A DNA stretch of 64,000 nucleotides from Candidatus Omnitrophota bacterium (GTDB lineage Bacteria; Omnitrophota; Gorgyraeia; Gygaellales; Profunditerraquicolaceae), in assembly GCA_003598135.1 (NCBI GenBank), contig QZKA01000019.1, positions 41,690-105,689 on the forward strand, in the 5' to 3' direction. A program made the translations under genes and the position numbers. Shown here one piece after another: positions 1-10,403 of the stretch. The notes below the pieces were generated by a model that saw only the letters and a program-made list of their open reading frames with translations, searched no databases and was not told the origin of the DNA. How positions within the stretch are numbered: the first letter of the stretch is position 1; each line of letters starts with the position of its first letter.

Positions 1-621
1 ACCCGTGCCGATCCCCAATTCCAGAGGAACGGTTTTTTTGTCAATCCCGACCAAGGCCTTAGGCCGCAACACACCCTTTGCCTGGTCCAAGAAGACAATA
101 ATCCCTTTCTTGGCCCTTAAAGACCGCACCATCGTCTCCAGGATAAACTGTACAAGTAAATCGAAATTGTCTATCGAGTTGACGGTCTGGCCGATCCGGG
201 AAAGGATCTGATATATAGTCGTCTTGGTTTCTTTCAACTCCTTGACGTTTTCTTCAAGGTTAGTGATGATTTCACTAAACGCCCTTGCCAGGTGCGCTAT
301 TTCTTCATCGCCCTGCGCTAATTCCATGAGCGTGTTTTTATCTATCTTATCGAGCTTATCCAGATTTGTGCTTTTCAGTTTGTTGCTTAAGGTAACGATT
401 TTTAAAAGGAAACTTCGCGTCCCCCAAAAACCCAATACAGAAAGTATCCCTGCAATCAACAATAACACCTTGGAGTTTAGGTACACATTTAGCATCCCTG
501 AACCCGCTGCAGACTGCAACAAGATATAGATGAGGATTATAAAGGGAATCACCGACGCAACAAGAAAATATACATAAAATTGCTTCAGGATCGATTCCTG
601 TCTTACGGATTTTACTTTCAT
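1..621 (-). CDS. Membrane signalling protein, 2 TM + HAMP + GAF-like domain (3' end outside window; output domain unseen)
   Basis: Not in ORF track. Hand translation from ATG 621 is open to the window edge: MKVKSVRQESILKQFYVYFLVASVIPFIILIYILL (TM1) ...VLLLIAGILSVLGFWG (TM2) ...GDEEIAHLARAFSEIITNLEENVKEL (HAMP-like DE-I-x-LAxxF) ...IGQTVNSIDNFDLLVQFILETMVRSLRAKKGIIVFLD (GAF-like start). Confidence 0.75.
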   Translation of the reverse strand, partial: MKVKSVRQESILKQFYVYFLVASVIPFIILIYILLQSAAGSGMLNVYLNSKVLLLIAGILSVLGFWGTRSFLLKIVTLSNKLKSTNLDKLDKIDKNTLMELAQGDEEIAHLARAFSEIITNLEENVKELKETKTTIYQILSRIGQTVNSIDNFDLLVQFILETMVRSLRAKKGIIVFLDQAKGVLRPKALVGIDKKTVPLELGIGTG

Positions 622-622
622 C

Positions 623-2287
623 TTATGCCAAGCCCTCAATCATGCGGTTAATTGCCTCCCCTGCGGGGACCATCGGGAACACGTTCTCTTCCGGCTCAAT
701 GTGAAAATCGATGAATACCGTATTTTCCGTCGCAATGGCCTTTTCAATTGCCGGCCTTACTTCTTCTTTTTTGGTCACGCGTATCCCTACCGCTCCGTAG
801 CTCTCAGCAAGCTTTACAAAATCGGGCCCAGAAATACAGGTATGGGAATAACGCTTTTTGTAAAACAACTCCTGCCACTGTCTCACCATGCCTAAATAAC
901 CGTTGTTCAATATGGCGACTTTCACATGAATTTTGTTACAAACACAAGTGGCCAGCTCCTGGACGTTCATCTGTATTGAACCGTCTCCGGCTATATCAAA
1001 AACTATTCTTTCGGGACAGCCGACTTTTGCTCCCATCGCCGCCGGAAAACCAAAACCCATGGTGCCCAAACCGCCCGAAGAAAGAAACGTCCGGGGATGG
1101 CTATATTTATACCACTGCGCAGCCCACATCTGGTTCTGCCCGACCTCAGTGGTAATTATCGCTTCTGAGCCAGTCGCTTCATCAATTTGTTCAATCACGT
1201 ATTGCGGCTTGAGCTTGCCTTCTGCCTTATAAGACAAGGGGGACTTCTTCTTCCAGCTCTCAAGTGTTTTTAACCAATCGGAGGTTTCCGGCACCTTAGT
1301 CAATTCCTCCAATAACTGCCCCAATACGTTTTTTGCATCGCCCACTATGGGGATATTGACTTTAATATTTTTACTTATGGAGGAAGGGTCGATATCAATA
1401 TGGATAACCTTTGCGTAAGGAGCAAACGCGTCGATGCGGCCGGTAACCCGGTCATCAAAACGCGCACCCACCGCAATAATAAGGTCCGATTCCATAATTG
1501 CATGGTTGGCATAGGCAGTCCCGTGCATCCCCAGCATCCCTAAGGAAAGTTCGTGTGTTGAAGGAAAACAGCCTATCCCCATAAGGGTCCAGGTAACCGG
1601 GGCGTTCATCTTTTCTGCTAATTCTTTAAGCGCCTGACTCGCATCCGAAGTAATCACTCCTCCCCCCACATAGAGAATCGGCTTTTTGCAGGAGGCAATC
1701 AATTTTGCGGCTTTCTTTATCTGGCCGGGATGGCCGTAATAATTCGGCTTATATCCCCTGATATTTACCTCTTCGGGCCAGACAAATTCAACGTCTTTCT
1801 GTTGCACATCCACCGGGATATCAATAAGCACCGGGCCGGGCCTTCCGGTTGAAGCTACGTGAAATGCTTCTCTTACGATACGCGCTAAGTCTTTGGCGTC
1901 TTTTACCAAATAATTGTGCTTTGTAATAGGCCTGGTGATGCCGGTCACATCGGCCTCCTGGAATGCATCATTGCCGATCAGGTGTGTTTTAACCTGCCCG
2001 GTTATCGCAATCATAGGAATAGAATCCATGTAGGCGGTTGCAATACCGGTTGTAAGATTAGTTGCACCCGGCCCAGAAGTAGCCAGACACACTCCCATTC
2101 TACCGGTTGCACGGGAGTAGCCATCTGCTGCATGCGCAGCTGCCTGCTCATGGCGGGTAAGGATAAAACGCATTTGCGCATCATAGAGTTTGTCAAACAA
2201 AGGCAGAACCTGTCCGCCAGGATACCCGAATATGACTTCTATCCCTTCGCGCCTTAAACTCTCAATCAAAATTTCTGCGCCAGTCAT
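623..2287 (-). CDS. ilvB: Acetolactate synthase large subunit, biosynthetic type
   Basis: 554 aa; [23 protein letters not shown] motif GDGS...NN, GMVRQWQ. Confidence 0.97.
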   Translation of the reverse strand: MTGAEILIESLRREGIEVIFGYPGGQVLPLFDKLYDAQMRFILTRHEQAAAHAADGYSRATGRMGVCLATSGPGATNLTTGIATAYMDSIPMIAITGQVKTHLIGNDAFQEADVTGITRPITKHNYLVKDAKDLARIVREAFHVASTGRPGPVLIDIPVDVQQKDVEFVWPEEVNIRGYKPNYYGHPGQIKKAAKLIASCKKPILYVGGGVITSDASQALKELAEKMNAPVTWTLMGIGCFPSTHELSLGMLGMHGTAYANHAIMESDLIIAVGARFDDRVTGRIDAFAPYAKVIHIDIDPSSISKNIKVNIPIVGDAKNVLGQLLEELTKVPETSDWLKTLESWKKKSPLSYKAEGKLKPQYVIEQIDEATGSEAIITTEVGQNQMWAAQWYKYSHPRTFLSSGGLGTMGFGFPAAMGAKVGCPERIVFDIAGDGSIQMNVQELATCVCNKIHVKVAILNNGYLGMVRQWQELFYKKRYSHTCISGPDFVKLAESYGAVGIRVTKKEEVRPAIEKAIATENTVFIDFHIEPEENVFPMVPAGEAINRMIEGLA

Positions 2288-2288
2288 C

Positions 2289-3941
2289 TTATCTTAAAAC
2301 CGCTCCTTTATCTGCGGAACTGACCATCCTTGCATACCTGGCCAGATACCCTGTGTTAATTTTCGGAGGCACTGTTTTGACCGTTTTAAGCCTATGCTTG
2401 ATTTCTGAATCGCTCAATTTCACTTCCAGCTTCCTATGGGGAATATCAATAGTAATTATATCATTATCTTTTAAAATAGCAATCGGCCCGCCACTGGCTG
2501 CTTCGGGTGAAATATGCCCGATGCATGGCCCTTTGGTCCCGCCAGAGAACCGTCCGTCGGTGATAAGCGCAACGGAATCTGCCAGGCCCATTCCTACAAT
2601 AGCAGAAGTAGGCGCAAGCATCTCCCGCATGCCAGGACCTCCGCTTGGGCCTTCGTAGCGGATAACCACGCAATCCCCTTTTTTAATTTTATTGCATAAG
2701 ATTGCCTGCATCGCCTCTTCTTCTCGGTTAAAAACCTTTGCCCTCCCGGAAAACCTCATCATTTTTGCATTGACTGCAGATTGTTTCACCACCGCGCCTT
2801 CCGGGGCAAGGTTACCGTATAATACCGCAATCCCTCCCTGGGTATGATAGACCTTCTGAAGCGGGCGGATGACTTCTTCATCGTCGATCCGTGAATTATC
2901 CGCAATAGCAAACAGCCTTTCGCCGCTTAAATTGAGCGTATTGTGTAATTTTGCTCTGAGGCGCTTAAGTACTGCGGGAACCCCCCCTGCATACTCCAGG
3001 TCTTCCATAAAATGCGGCCCGGCTGGTTCAAGATTTGTGATATGCGGCGTACGCCTACTGACGGAATCAAACGTTTTTAAATGTAAAGGTATTGCCGCCT
3101 CATGAGCAATCGCCATTAGATGAAGCACCGTATTGCTTGAGCCGCCCAAAGCCATATCAACCGTTATCGCATTTTCCATGGATTGCTTAGTAATGATATC
3201 CAACGGTGTAATATTCTTTCTGACTAACTCCACAATCCGTTCTCCGCTTGCCTGGGCAATCCTGCGTTTTTTAGCTGAAATCGCAAGCGCTGTGGCACAT
3301 CCCGGCAGAGACATACCTAAGGTTTCGGTAATACAGGCCATGGTATTGGCAGTATAAAGCCCCTGACAGGAACCGGCTCCAGGACAAGCCTCCAATTCAA
3401 GACAGGTTAATTCTTTGTCGGAAATTTCGCCTTTTTTTGCACGGGCGAGTGCTTCGTAGGTATCGTGGACAAAAGCAAGTTTTCGCTGCCTGAGACGTCC
3501 GGAAAGCATAGGCCCGGCAGTCACGATAATCGCGGGAATATTAAGCCTCGCAACCCCCATGAGCATGCCCGGAGTAATCTTATCGCAATTAGTAAGACAG
3601 ACGATTCCGTCAAGGCTATGGGCATTACAAACGGTCTCGATGGTATCAGCAATGATTTCCCTTAAGGCCAGCGGATAACACATGCCAAGGTGCCCCATTG
3701 CAATGCCGTCGCAAATACCCGGGACGCCAAAAAAGAAAGGCACGCCGCCGCCATAACAGATGCCGCGTTCGATAAAACGTTCCAGATCCCGCATCCCGAT
3801 ATGGCCGGGGATCAGATCAGTAAAAGATGTGGCCACGCCGATAAAAGGCCTCGCTAAATCCTTCCTACTTAAACCTGTCGCATGCAAAAGCGCACGATGG
3901 GGAACGCGCTCCAGACCTTTCTTAATCTTATCTGAACGCAT
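2289..3941 (-). CDS. ilvD: Dihydroxy-acid dehydratase
   Basis: 550 aa; [52 protein letters not shown]. Confidence 0.97.
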   Translation of the reverse strand: MRSDKIKKGLERVPHRALLHATGLSRKDLARPFIGVATSFTDLIPGHIGMRDLERFIERGICYGGGVPFFFGVPGICDGIAMGHLGMCYPLALREIIADTIETVCNAHSLDGIVCLTNCDKITPGMLMGVARLNIPAIIVTAGPMLSGRLRQRKLAFVHDTYEALARAKKGEISDKELTCLELEACPGAGSCQGLYTANTMACITETLGMSLPGCATALAISAKKRRIAQASGERIVELVRKNITPLDIITKQSMENAITVDMALGGSSNTVLHLMAIAHEAAIPLHLKTFDSVSRRTPHITNLEPAGPHFMEDLEYAGGVPAVLKRLRAKLHNTLNLSGERLFAIADNSRIDDEEVIRPLQKVYHTQGGIAVLYGNLAPEGAVVKQSAVNAKMMRFSGRAKVFNREEEAMQAILCNKIKKGDCVVIRYEGPSGGPGMREMLAPTSAIVGMGLADSVALITDGRFSGGTKGPCIGHISPEAASGGPIAILKDNDIITIDIPHRKLEVKLSDSEIKHRLKTVKTVPPKINTGYLARYARMVSSADKGAVLR

Positions 3942-3962
3942 TGTATCACCTCCAAAAATGGC

Positions 3963-4004
3963 GGGTCAATGGTCTATTGTCTATAGGCTATTGCCTATCG
4001 ACCC
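3963..4004. repeat. Degenerate 7-mer array folded into an inverted repeat
   Basis: ggtcaat ggtctat tgtctat aggctat tgcctat cgaccc; outer arms GGGTCAATGG / CTATCGACCC are near-complementary. Confidence 0.6.
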
Positions 4005-4021
4005 ATAGCAATTAATTATCG

Positions 4022-5347
4022 CTAATCGGCCCCTTCGCCGTCATGCTGTACTGCAGGGCCATCTTTTCGCTTACGGCTGATTACCCGTTTTAAGGTAACA
4101 AACTTATCTACTATTTCTTTATTCTGTACGGCATTGAGCTGTTTAAAAAGAAAATCGAACCTTTGTTCAATTTCGCCTGCAATGGCCTCCCTTGTTTCAC
4201 TCGGCAATCCCATAATATCTTTTTTAAAAGGCCCCAGTGCCTTTTTGCGTGTTTTATAGAAAAACTGCTCTTCTGTTTCTGCCTCCTTCTTCTCTGAGGC
4301 AGCATTAATGTTAAGCCATTCGTACATCCTTCTTTTTAGCTCTTGAGGGAAATGCGCGCTCTCATAAATCATATTCTGAAATTCCGTGGCAAGATGCACT
4401 TCGGCAGTCTCGCATTCCGGAAATTTATGAAAGGCTTCCTGAGGAAGCGTAGAAGCGCCGTGCTGCACTGCGCCGGCCAACCCATATTCTTTCCGCGCAA
4501 CTTCAGATAGGGTCTTGAGTGTCTCGAAATCTAGCTTTACCTGGGCAATAGTTCCGTCGGGTAACACGACACCTCCGTGAGAAGTCCCGGTCTGAACGCT
4601 GATTTTACTGATTCCATCGTAACCTTTACGCAGCCTTTCTTTATATCCTTCCATAAAGGCACGCAGGTCTTCAGGTGTAGAATTCTTGCTCCCTACTTCG
4701 CCTATCTCTCCGCCGACCGAAATCTCTAGCCCACGCGGCTGAATCTGGCGCATGAACTGGGTAAGTTTTGCGCAGACTTCATAATTAGACCGCTGTTGTT
4801 TCTTTATGTCGGTTTTGGTTAGGTCAACGACGGTTGAAGAATCGATATCAATATTGTAGAAACCCGCCTCCACCGACTCTTCGATCAGGGCCTTTAAGGC
4901 CTCCAGTTCTTTCTCAGGGTTTTCGCCGAACTTCTTGGCATTGACCTGAAAATGGTCTCCCTGGATAAATACGGGTCCGGAAAAATTCTCCTTAATGGCC
5001 GCGGCAAGAATCGCACTTGTATACTCAACAGGCGGCTGGGCAGTATAGCCCATCTCTGATCTTGCGATTTCAAAGATAAAAGCCCCGGCATTATTACGCT
5101 TGGCAACGCGGAATATTGCCCTCGCCAGGTCATAGGTCATGCTGCGTAAGTTTATCGCAGGCACGGTGAATCCGGCGAACTCTCCCTTGCCGCGGGCAAT
5201 ATATAGCTGGTGGATACTTGACGGATAAATCCCTTTTTTATAAGCCAGGTTGCGTATCTTTTTAGCCAACGCTTTTTTAACAAGCGGGTCATCGTTTGTT
5301 ACTAAATCAATGATTATTTTTTCGATATCGAGAGGCTTCCTTCCCAT
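4022..5347 (-). CDS. Class II fructose-bisphosphate aldolase family protein (long form)
   Basis: 441 aa; VPAIN, QGDH, GGEIGEVG, GTSHG and VQHGAS metal/substrate motifs; adjacent to pfkA. Confidence 0.85.
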   Translation of the reverse strand: MGRKPLDIEKIIIDLVTNDDPLVKKALAKKIRNLAYKKGIYPSSIHQLYIARGKGEFAGFTVPAINLRSMTYDLARAIFRVAKRNNAGAFIFEIARSEMGYTAQPPVEYTSAILAAAIKENFSGPVFIQGDHFQVNAKKFGENPEKELEALKALIEESVEAGFYNIDIDSSTVVDLTKTDIKKQQRSNYEVCAKLTQFMRQIQPRGLEISVGGEIGEVGSKNSTPEDLRAFMEGYKERLRKGYDGISKISVQTGTSHGGVVLPDGTIAQVKLDFETLKTLSEVARKEYGLAGAVQHGASTLPQEAFHKFPECETAEVHLATEFQNMIYESAHFPQELKRRMYEWLNINAASEKKEAETEEQFFYKTRKKALGPFKKDIMGLPSETREAIAGEIEQRFDFLFKQLNAVQNKEIVDKFVTLKRVISRKRKDGPAVQHDGEGAD

Positions 5348-5364
5348 GAATCGGTCTCCTTTCG

Positions 5365-6330
5365 TTACAAAAGTAATTTAATCAACTGGTACAGCCTGTC
5401 CTGCTTGAACTCCTTCTTAGCCACCGCGTATTCCAGGTCAACTATATTTACTTCATCAGAAATAACGCCAAGCGCCTTTGCGCTATAGCCTTTAATCAAC
5501 AACTCTACTGCTTCGGCACCGAGCCGGCTTGCCAGAATTCTATCCTGCGCAGTAGGTGAGCCCCCTCTCTGGATATGCCCCAACACTACCACGCGCGTCT
5601 CAAGAGTAGTCATCTCGGAAATCTTCTTTGCGATATCCTCACCCCTGGCCTTGCCTTCGGCGGTCACGATAATCCAGCTCACCTTGCCCCGCAGGTTACC
5701 TTCGACAATATCCTGACAGAGGTTGTTAAAATCAAAATTTCTCTCAGGAATCAACGCATCCTCTACCCCGCCCGCTAACGCGACCTGAAGCGCGATAAAG
5801 CCGCTGTCTCTGCCCATTACCTCAACCACAAAAATCCGCTCCATGGAAGTAGCGGTATCCCGGATTTTATCAATCGCATCGAGCGCTGTATTTACTGCTG
5901 TATCTGAGCCGATAGTCGCATCCGTGCCGTTCAAATCGTTATCTATCGTTCCCGGTACCCCTATACAGGGTATCCCCCATTTTTTACTCAAGGCAATACC
6001 GCCACGGTAAGTGCCGTCGCCTCCTATTACTATCAGGCCGTCAATTTCGTTCTTGCGTATTATCTCAACGGCGTTACGTTGCCCTTGTTCGGTCATAAAT
6101 TCTTCGCTGCGGGCCGTCTTTAAAATAGTACCGCCACGGTTGATGATATTAGAAACGCTGCGGTGATCGAGTAATTTAAGCTCTTCATTAATAAGACCGG
6201 CGTAACCGCGAAAAATCCCCATTACCTCCAGCTTATAATGGATGGCACAACGCACTACGCTGCGTATCGCCGCGTTCATGCCCGGCGCATCTCCCCCAGA
6301 AGTCAATACTCCAATCCTTTTTATCGTCAT
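5365..6330 (-). CDS. pfkA: ATP-dependent 6-phosphofructokinase
   Basis: TSGGDAPGMN, GGDG (Gly, ATP type), PGTIDND, EVMGR, LGHIQRGG. Confidence 0.96.
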   Translation of the reverse strand: MTIKRIGVLTSGGDAPGMNAAIRSVVRCAIHYKLEVMGIFRGYAGLINEELKLLDHRSVSNIINRGGTILKTARSEEFMTEQGQRNAVEIIRKNEIDGLIVIGGDGTYRGGIALSKKWGIPCIGVPGTIDNDLNGTDATIGSDTAVNTALDAIDKIRDTATSMERIFVVEVMGRDSGFIALQVALAGGVEDALIPERNFDFNNLCQDIVEGNLRGKVSWIIVTAEGKARGEDIAKKISEMTTLETRVVVLGHIQRGGSPTAQDRILASRLGAEAVELLIKGYSAKALGVISDEVNIVDLEYAVAKKEFKQDRLYQLIKLLL

Positions 6331-6361
6331 GCCATTATATTCGGCTCTGCAATATCAATCG

Positions 6362-7618
6362 CTATGTCCCCAATTCCCAGCTAGACAGATAATTTCTCTG
6401 CTCTTTTGTAAGAGTATCAATCTTAATGCCCATAGATTTAAGCTTCAGCCTGGCAATATTCTTATCTATCGCCTCCGGGACACCGTATACTTTCCTGCCC
6501 AGTGTCCGATGCATCTTGGCAAGATACTCAGCACTCAGTGCCTGGTTTGCAAACGACATGTCCATAACCTGCGCTGGATGCCCTTCGGCAGAGGCAAGAT
6601 TAATGAGGCGGCCTTCCCCTAAAAGATAGATTTTACGTCCGTCTTTCAAAATATATTCGTCCACGAAATCGCGTATTCGTTTTTTACCTCTACTTAGTTT
6701 TTCTAAGGCAGGGATATCAAGCTCAACGTTAAAATGGCCTGCGTTGGCGATAATTGCACCGTCTTTCATGGATACAAAATGTCTGCCGCGGATAATATGG
6801 GTATCCCCGGTTACCGTCACAAATACCTCGCCTTGCCGGGCAGCTTCGTTAATAGGCATTACCCTGTAACCATCCATAGTCGCCTCTAGCGCACGCAAAG
6901 GGTCGACCTCAGAAACTATCACCTTAGCACCCATTCCTTTTGCCCGCATGGCAACGCCCCTGCCGCACCAACCATACCCGCACACTACCACGGTTGCGCC
7001 CGCCAACAATTTATTGGTAGCCCTGATTATACCGTCTATCGTTGACTGCCCCGTACCATAGCGATTATCAAAGAGGTGTTTGGTCTGGGCATCATTTACC
7101 GCTATAATCGGGTATCGCAGCTTCCCCTCTTTCGCCAAAGCCTTCAGCCGTATCACGCCGGTAGTCGTCTCCTCTGTGCCGCCGATAATATTACCGTGCA
7201 GCGTCTGCGAACGCCGGTGGATAGTGCTTACTAAATCTGCGCCGTCATCCATGGTAATCTCTGGTTTCATCGCAAGAGCCGATTCAATATGCCTATAATA
7301 CCTCTTTGTATCCTCACCTTTGACCGAAAACACTAAAATTCCAAGATGCGCGGCAAGCGAAGCTGCTACATCATCCTGCGTAGACAAAGGGTTGGAGGCA
7401 CACAACGCCACTGTTGCACCGCCAGCCTTGAGGGCTTCCATGAGCGCAGCAGTCTCTGTAGTGACATGCAAACAACAAGCTATTTTTAAATTTTTAAGTG
7501 GCCTCTCTTTTTTAAAACGCTCAAAAATCAACTTCAAGACGGGCATATTATTACGTGCCCATTCTATCCTTAAAGCCCCCTTCTTGGCCAGCTTGATATC
7601 CTTGATATCATACTTCAT
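6362..7618 (-). CDS. ahcY: Adenosylhomocysteinase
   Basis: [60 protein letters not shown]. Confidence 0.97.
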   Translation of the reverse strand: MKYDIKDIKLAKKGALRIEWARNNMPVLKLIFERFKKERPLKNLKIACCLHVTTETAALMEALKAGGATVALCASNPLSTQDDVAASLAAHLGILVFSVKGEDTKRYYRHIESALAMKPEITMDDGADLVSTIHRRSQTLHGNIIGGTEETTTGVIRLKALAKEGKLRYPIIAVNDAQTKHLFDNRYGTGQSTIDGIIRATNKLLAGATVVVCGYGWCGRGVAMRAKGMGAKVIVSEVDPLRALEATMDGYRVMPINEAARQGEVFVTVTGDTHIIRGRHFVSMKDGAIIANAGHFNVELDIPALEKLSRGKKRIRDFVDEYILKDGRKIYLLGEGRLINLASAEGHPAQVMDMSFANQALSAEYLAKMHRTLGRKVYGVPEAIDKNIARLKLKSMGIKIDTLTKEQRNYLSSWELGT

Positions 7619-7653
7619 ACGAACTCCTTTTCACTTGGTACGTCTATGCACTA

Positions 7654-7677
7654 AACCTTAACCTCAGCCTTAACCTT
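7654..7677. repeat. Hexamer microrepeat (AACCTT-like x4) between metK and ahcY
   Basis: aacctt aacctc agcctt aacctt; a 20/21-nt identical copy lies at 14629-14649. Confidence 0.6.
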
Positions 7678-7688
7678 CTATTGCTTAA

Positions 7689-8852
7689 TTATAATCGTGA
7701 TGCCTGTTTCTTCAGTAGTTCCGACTTATCTGTCTTCTCCCAGGTAAATTCAGGTTCTGTCCTTCCGAAGTGACCACCGCAAGCGGCGTTGCGGTAAATC
7801 GGACGTAGAAGATTAAGCGATTTTATAATCCCCTGAGGGCTAAGTTCAAAATTCTCTCTGATAAGTTTAATGAACTTCTCCTCTGATAATTTCCCCGTAC
7901 CGTACGTCTCTACACATATAGAAAGCGGCTCAGGATAACCAATCACATAGGATAACTGAATCAGGCATTTGGCTGCAAGTTCTGCGGCAACGATATTTTT
8001 AGCCACATAGCGAGCCATATACGCGGCTGACCGATCAACTTTCGTAGGGTCTTTGCCTGAGAATGCCCCGCCTCCATGCGCCACTGTACCGCCGTAGGTA
8101 TCCACAATAATCTTCCTACCGGTCATCCCCGTATCGGATTGCGGGCCGCCGATAATGAATTTACCCGTCTGATTTACATAGAATTTCGTATCCTGGTCTA
8201 TCCAGTTCTTTAGGACATATTTAGCGATTGTATCAATAAGTTCGCCCCGCGCCTTATTGGTAATATTATTCCCCGACTTATCGAGGATATCCTCCGTGTG
8301 TTGGCAGGCAAGCACCACCGAATCGACACGAACCGGCTTTCCGTTTTGATATTCCAGTGTCACCTGTGACTTGCCGTCAGGGCCTAAATATTTCAATATC
8401 TCTTTCTTACGAACCTCACTCATCCTGCGTATAAGCTTATGCGCCAGCATAATCGCCAAAGGCATCAATTCCGGAGTTTCGTCGCAGGCATACCCAAACA
8501 TTATCCCCTGATCCCCGGCGCCTCCGGCATCGACCCCCATCGCAATGTCCGGAGACTGGCTATGTATTGCATTCAATATGGCGCAAGTCTCATGATCAAA
8601 GCCGTATTTAGGATGCGTATACCCTATATCTTTTATCAGCTCCCGGCAAATCCTGTGGGTATCTACGTAACTGCGAGTCGTGATCTCTCCTCCTACAATC
8701 AATAATCCCATAGTCACGTATGTCTCGCACGCCACGCGCCCCTTGGAGTCTTGCCTGAGCACCTCATCGAGGATCGCATCAGATATCTGGTCGCAGAGTT
8801 TGTCCGGATGCCCTTCGGCAACTGATTCTGAAGTAAAAAACGATTTCGACAT
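7689..8852 (-). CDS. metK: S-adenosylmethionine synthetase
   Basis: [46 protein letters not shown]. Confidence 0.98.
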   Translation of the reverse strand: MSKSFFTSESVAEGHPDKLCDQISDAILDEVLRQDSKGRVACETYVTMGLLIVGGEITTRSYVDTHRICRELIKDIGYTHPKYGFDHETCAILNAIHSQSPDIAMGVDAGGAGDQGIMFGYACDETPELMPLAIMLAHKLIRRMSEVRKKEILKYLGPDGKSQVTLEYQNGKPVRVDSVVLACQHTEDILDKSGNNITNKARGELIDTIAKYVLKNWIDQDTKFYVNQTGKFIIGGPQSDTGMTGRKIIVDTYGGTVAHGGGAFSGKDPTKVDRSAAYMARYVAKNIVAAELAAKCLIQLSYVIGYPEPLSICVETYGTGKLSEEKFIKLIRENFELSPQGIIKSLNLLRPIYRNAACGGHFGRTEPEFTWEKTDKSELLKKQASRL

Positions 8853-8854
8853 AT

Positions 8855-9604
8855 CTATTCTCTCCTTTTTGAAAGTAACCGGTTTAAGGTTATATACGTA
8901 TCTACGCGCCCGATATCAAACCAGAGGGACCGGAATCGAAATCCGAATACCTCATCGTGCGCAATGAGCCATTTGATGTATGCCCCTACGGCATCGCGAT
9001 AATTGCCTGGGTCGGCGAGATAACGTTTTACCAAAGGCACCTTGACAGAAGGAAAATAATAAAGACACATCGCTACCAATGTCGACTTCGGTGCTTCGGG
9101 TTTTTCTTGAAATTCCAAGATACGTTTTGTTTTTCCCATTCTTAATACCCCATAGTGGCGTGCCTGTTTTTTATCACCTATATCCACCGCTCCTATGGTG
9201 ATTCCGGGAGATTTGCGCTGTGCAAAACGTATAAAGCCATCAAGCCAGCCCTTAAAGAAATTATCGCCTCCAAGCACAAGAAAATCCCCTTTGTAACCTT
9301 CCTTCTTAAACACCAATTCCATATCCTTAATTGCGCCCAGCTTGTCTTTTGGACTCTTACTAAGATCGTTTACAATTTCCAGCACAAGCCTCGTGCGCAC
9401 ACTCTTCTTCCAGTACACAAAGTGCTTGTAAAACCTGCTGTTTGTTACCACAATAACCTTGGAAACATCACTCCTGCGCTCAAGCTTATGCAAGAGATAC
9501 TCAATAATAGGCCTACCTTTGACGTCAAGCAAGGGCTTGGGGAAGTTTTTGGTGTAAGGGTATAAACGGGTACCGTAGCCGGCTGCAAGAATCACTACCT
9601 TCAT
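8855..9604 (-). CDS. Sugar-phosphate nucleotidyltransferase family protein
   Basis: Start moved to [16 protein letters not shown] (GxGTR motif); PKPLL, GDN, EKP, WFDIG. Confidence 0.85.
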   Translation of the reverse strand: MKVVILAAGYGTRLYPYTKNFPKPLLDVKGRPIIEYLLHKLERRSDVSKVIVVTNSRFYKHFVYWKKSVRTRLVLEIVNDLSKSPKDKLGAIKDMELVFKKEGYKGDFLVLGGDNFFKGWLDGFIRFAQRKSPGITIGAVDIGDKKQARHYGVLRMGKTKRILEFQEKPEAPKSTLVAMCLYYFPSVKVPLVKRYLADPGNYRDAVGAYIKWLIAHDEVFGFRFRSLWFDIGRVDTYITLNRLLSKRRE

Positions 9605-9605
9605 C

Positions 9606-10403
9606 CTAAAGCAACCCTCCCGAGGAATTGACGAATACATCCGCATAGTTAAAATCTAAAGGCCGGTTGAGAAAAGCAAGCTTTTCGGGACTGCGGTTAA
9701 TCAACGGATACATAGGGCTTCCTTCGGCAAGCCCGAATGCCTCAATTCTGCCAGCGGGCTCGACGATGCGAAGCGCAGTAACCTTCTTAAAATTAGGATT
9801 GGGGATATATGTTACTTTTGCGTTTTCCTGCATAATAAAATAGGCCGCGCCCTGCGTTTCTTTATACAATTCGTATTCCGACTTAAATTCGCTGCTTACC
9901 CAATTAGAGGTGACTAGATGTTGCGGACCGGGATTAACGAGAATGTGCCCAAATCCGGGCGGAATGACTATCTTTTGCCCCGCCTTTGCCTTCACCAAAA
10001 TCGCCTCTTCAATCACGGTAGCATCTTCAGTCCGGTAGCGCTGCAAAAGGCAGAAACACCTGCCGTGTAACACCTCGTATAATTCCCCAAAATCTCCTGG
10101 ATGATAGTGCCCGGCAGTCTTCATAAGCTCCTTACCGAGCATGTCGGGTTTTATTAACGTCACGTCATAGCGCAATTTATGCGATTGTAATAATCCCGTG
10201 TCTTTCTTCATATACACATCTCGATACATATAATATAATTCCTTGGGAAGCACAAGCGTCTTATCAAGGATAACCTCGCGCATCTCTTCCAATGTCCGTA
10301 TGCCAGGCGCATGGGCATTGAGCTCTGTGGCAAATACTAATTCCGGCTTAGCGGTATCTAAGGATATCTCTACCCCTGAGAAACCCTTGAGCGCAGCTAT
10401 CAT
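9606..10403 (-). CDS. Cupin-type (archaeal-like) glucose-6-phosphate isomerase family protein
   Basis: YYMYRD, LRYDVT, KTAGHYH, ELYEV, IPPGFGHILVN cupin metal motifs. Confidence 0.82.
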   Translation of the reverse strand: MIAALKGFSGVEISLDTAKPELVFATELNAHAPGIRTLEEMREVILDKTLVLPKELYYMYRDVYMKKDTGLLQSHKLRYDVTLIKPDMLGKELMKTAGHYHPGDFGELYEVLHGRCFCLLQRYRTEDATVIEEAILVKAKAGQKIVIPPGFGHILVNPGPQHLVTSNWVSSEFKSEYELYKETQGAAYFIMQENAKVTYIPNPNFKKVTALRIVEPAGRIEAFGLAEGSPMYPLINRSPEKLAFLNRPLDFNYADVFVNSSGGLL

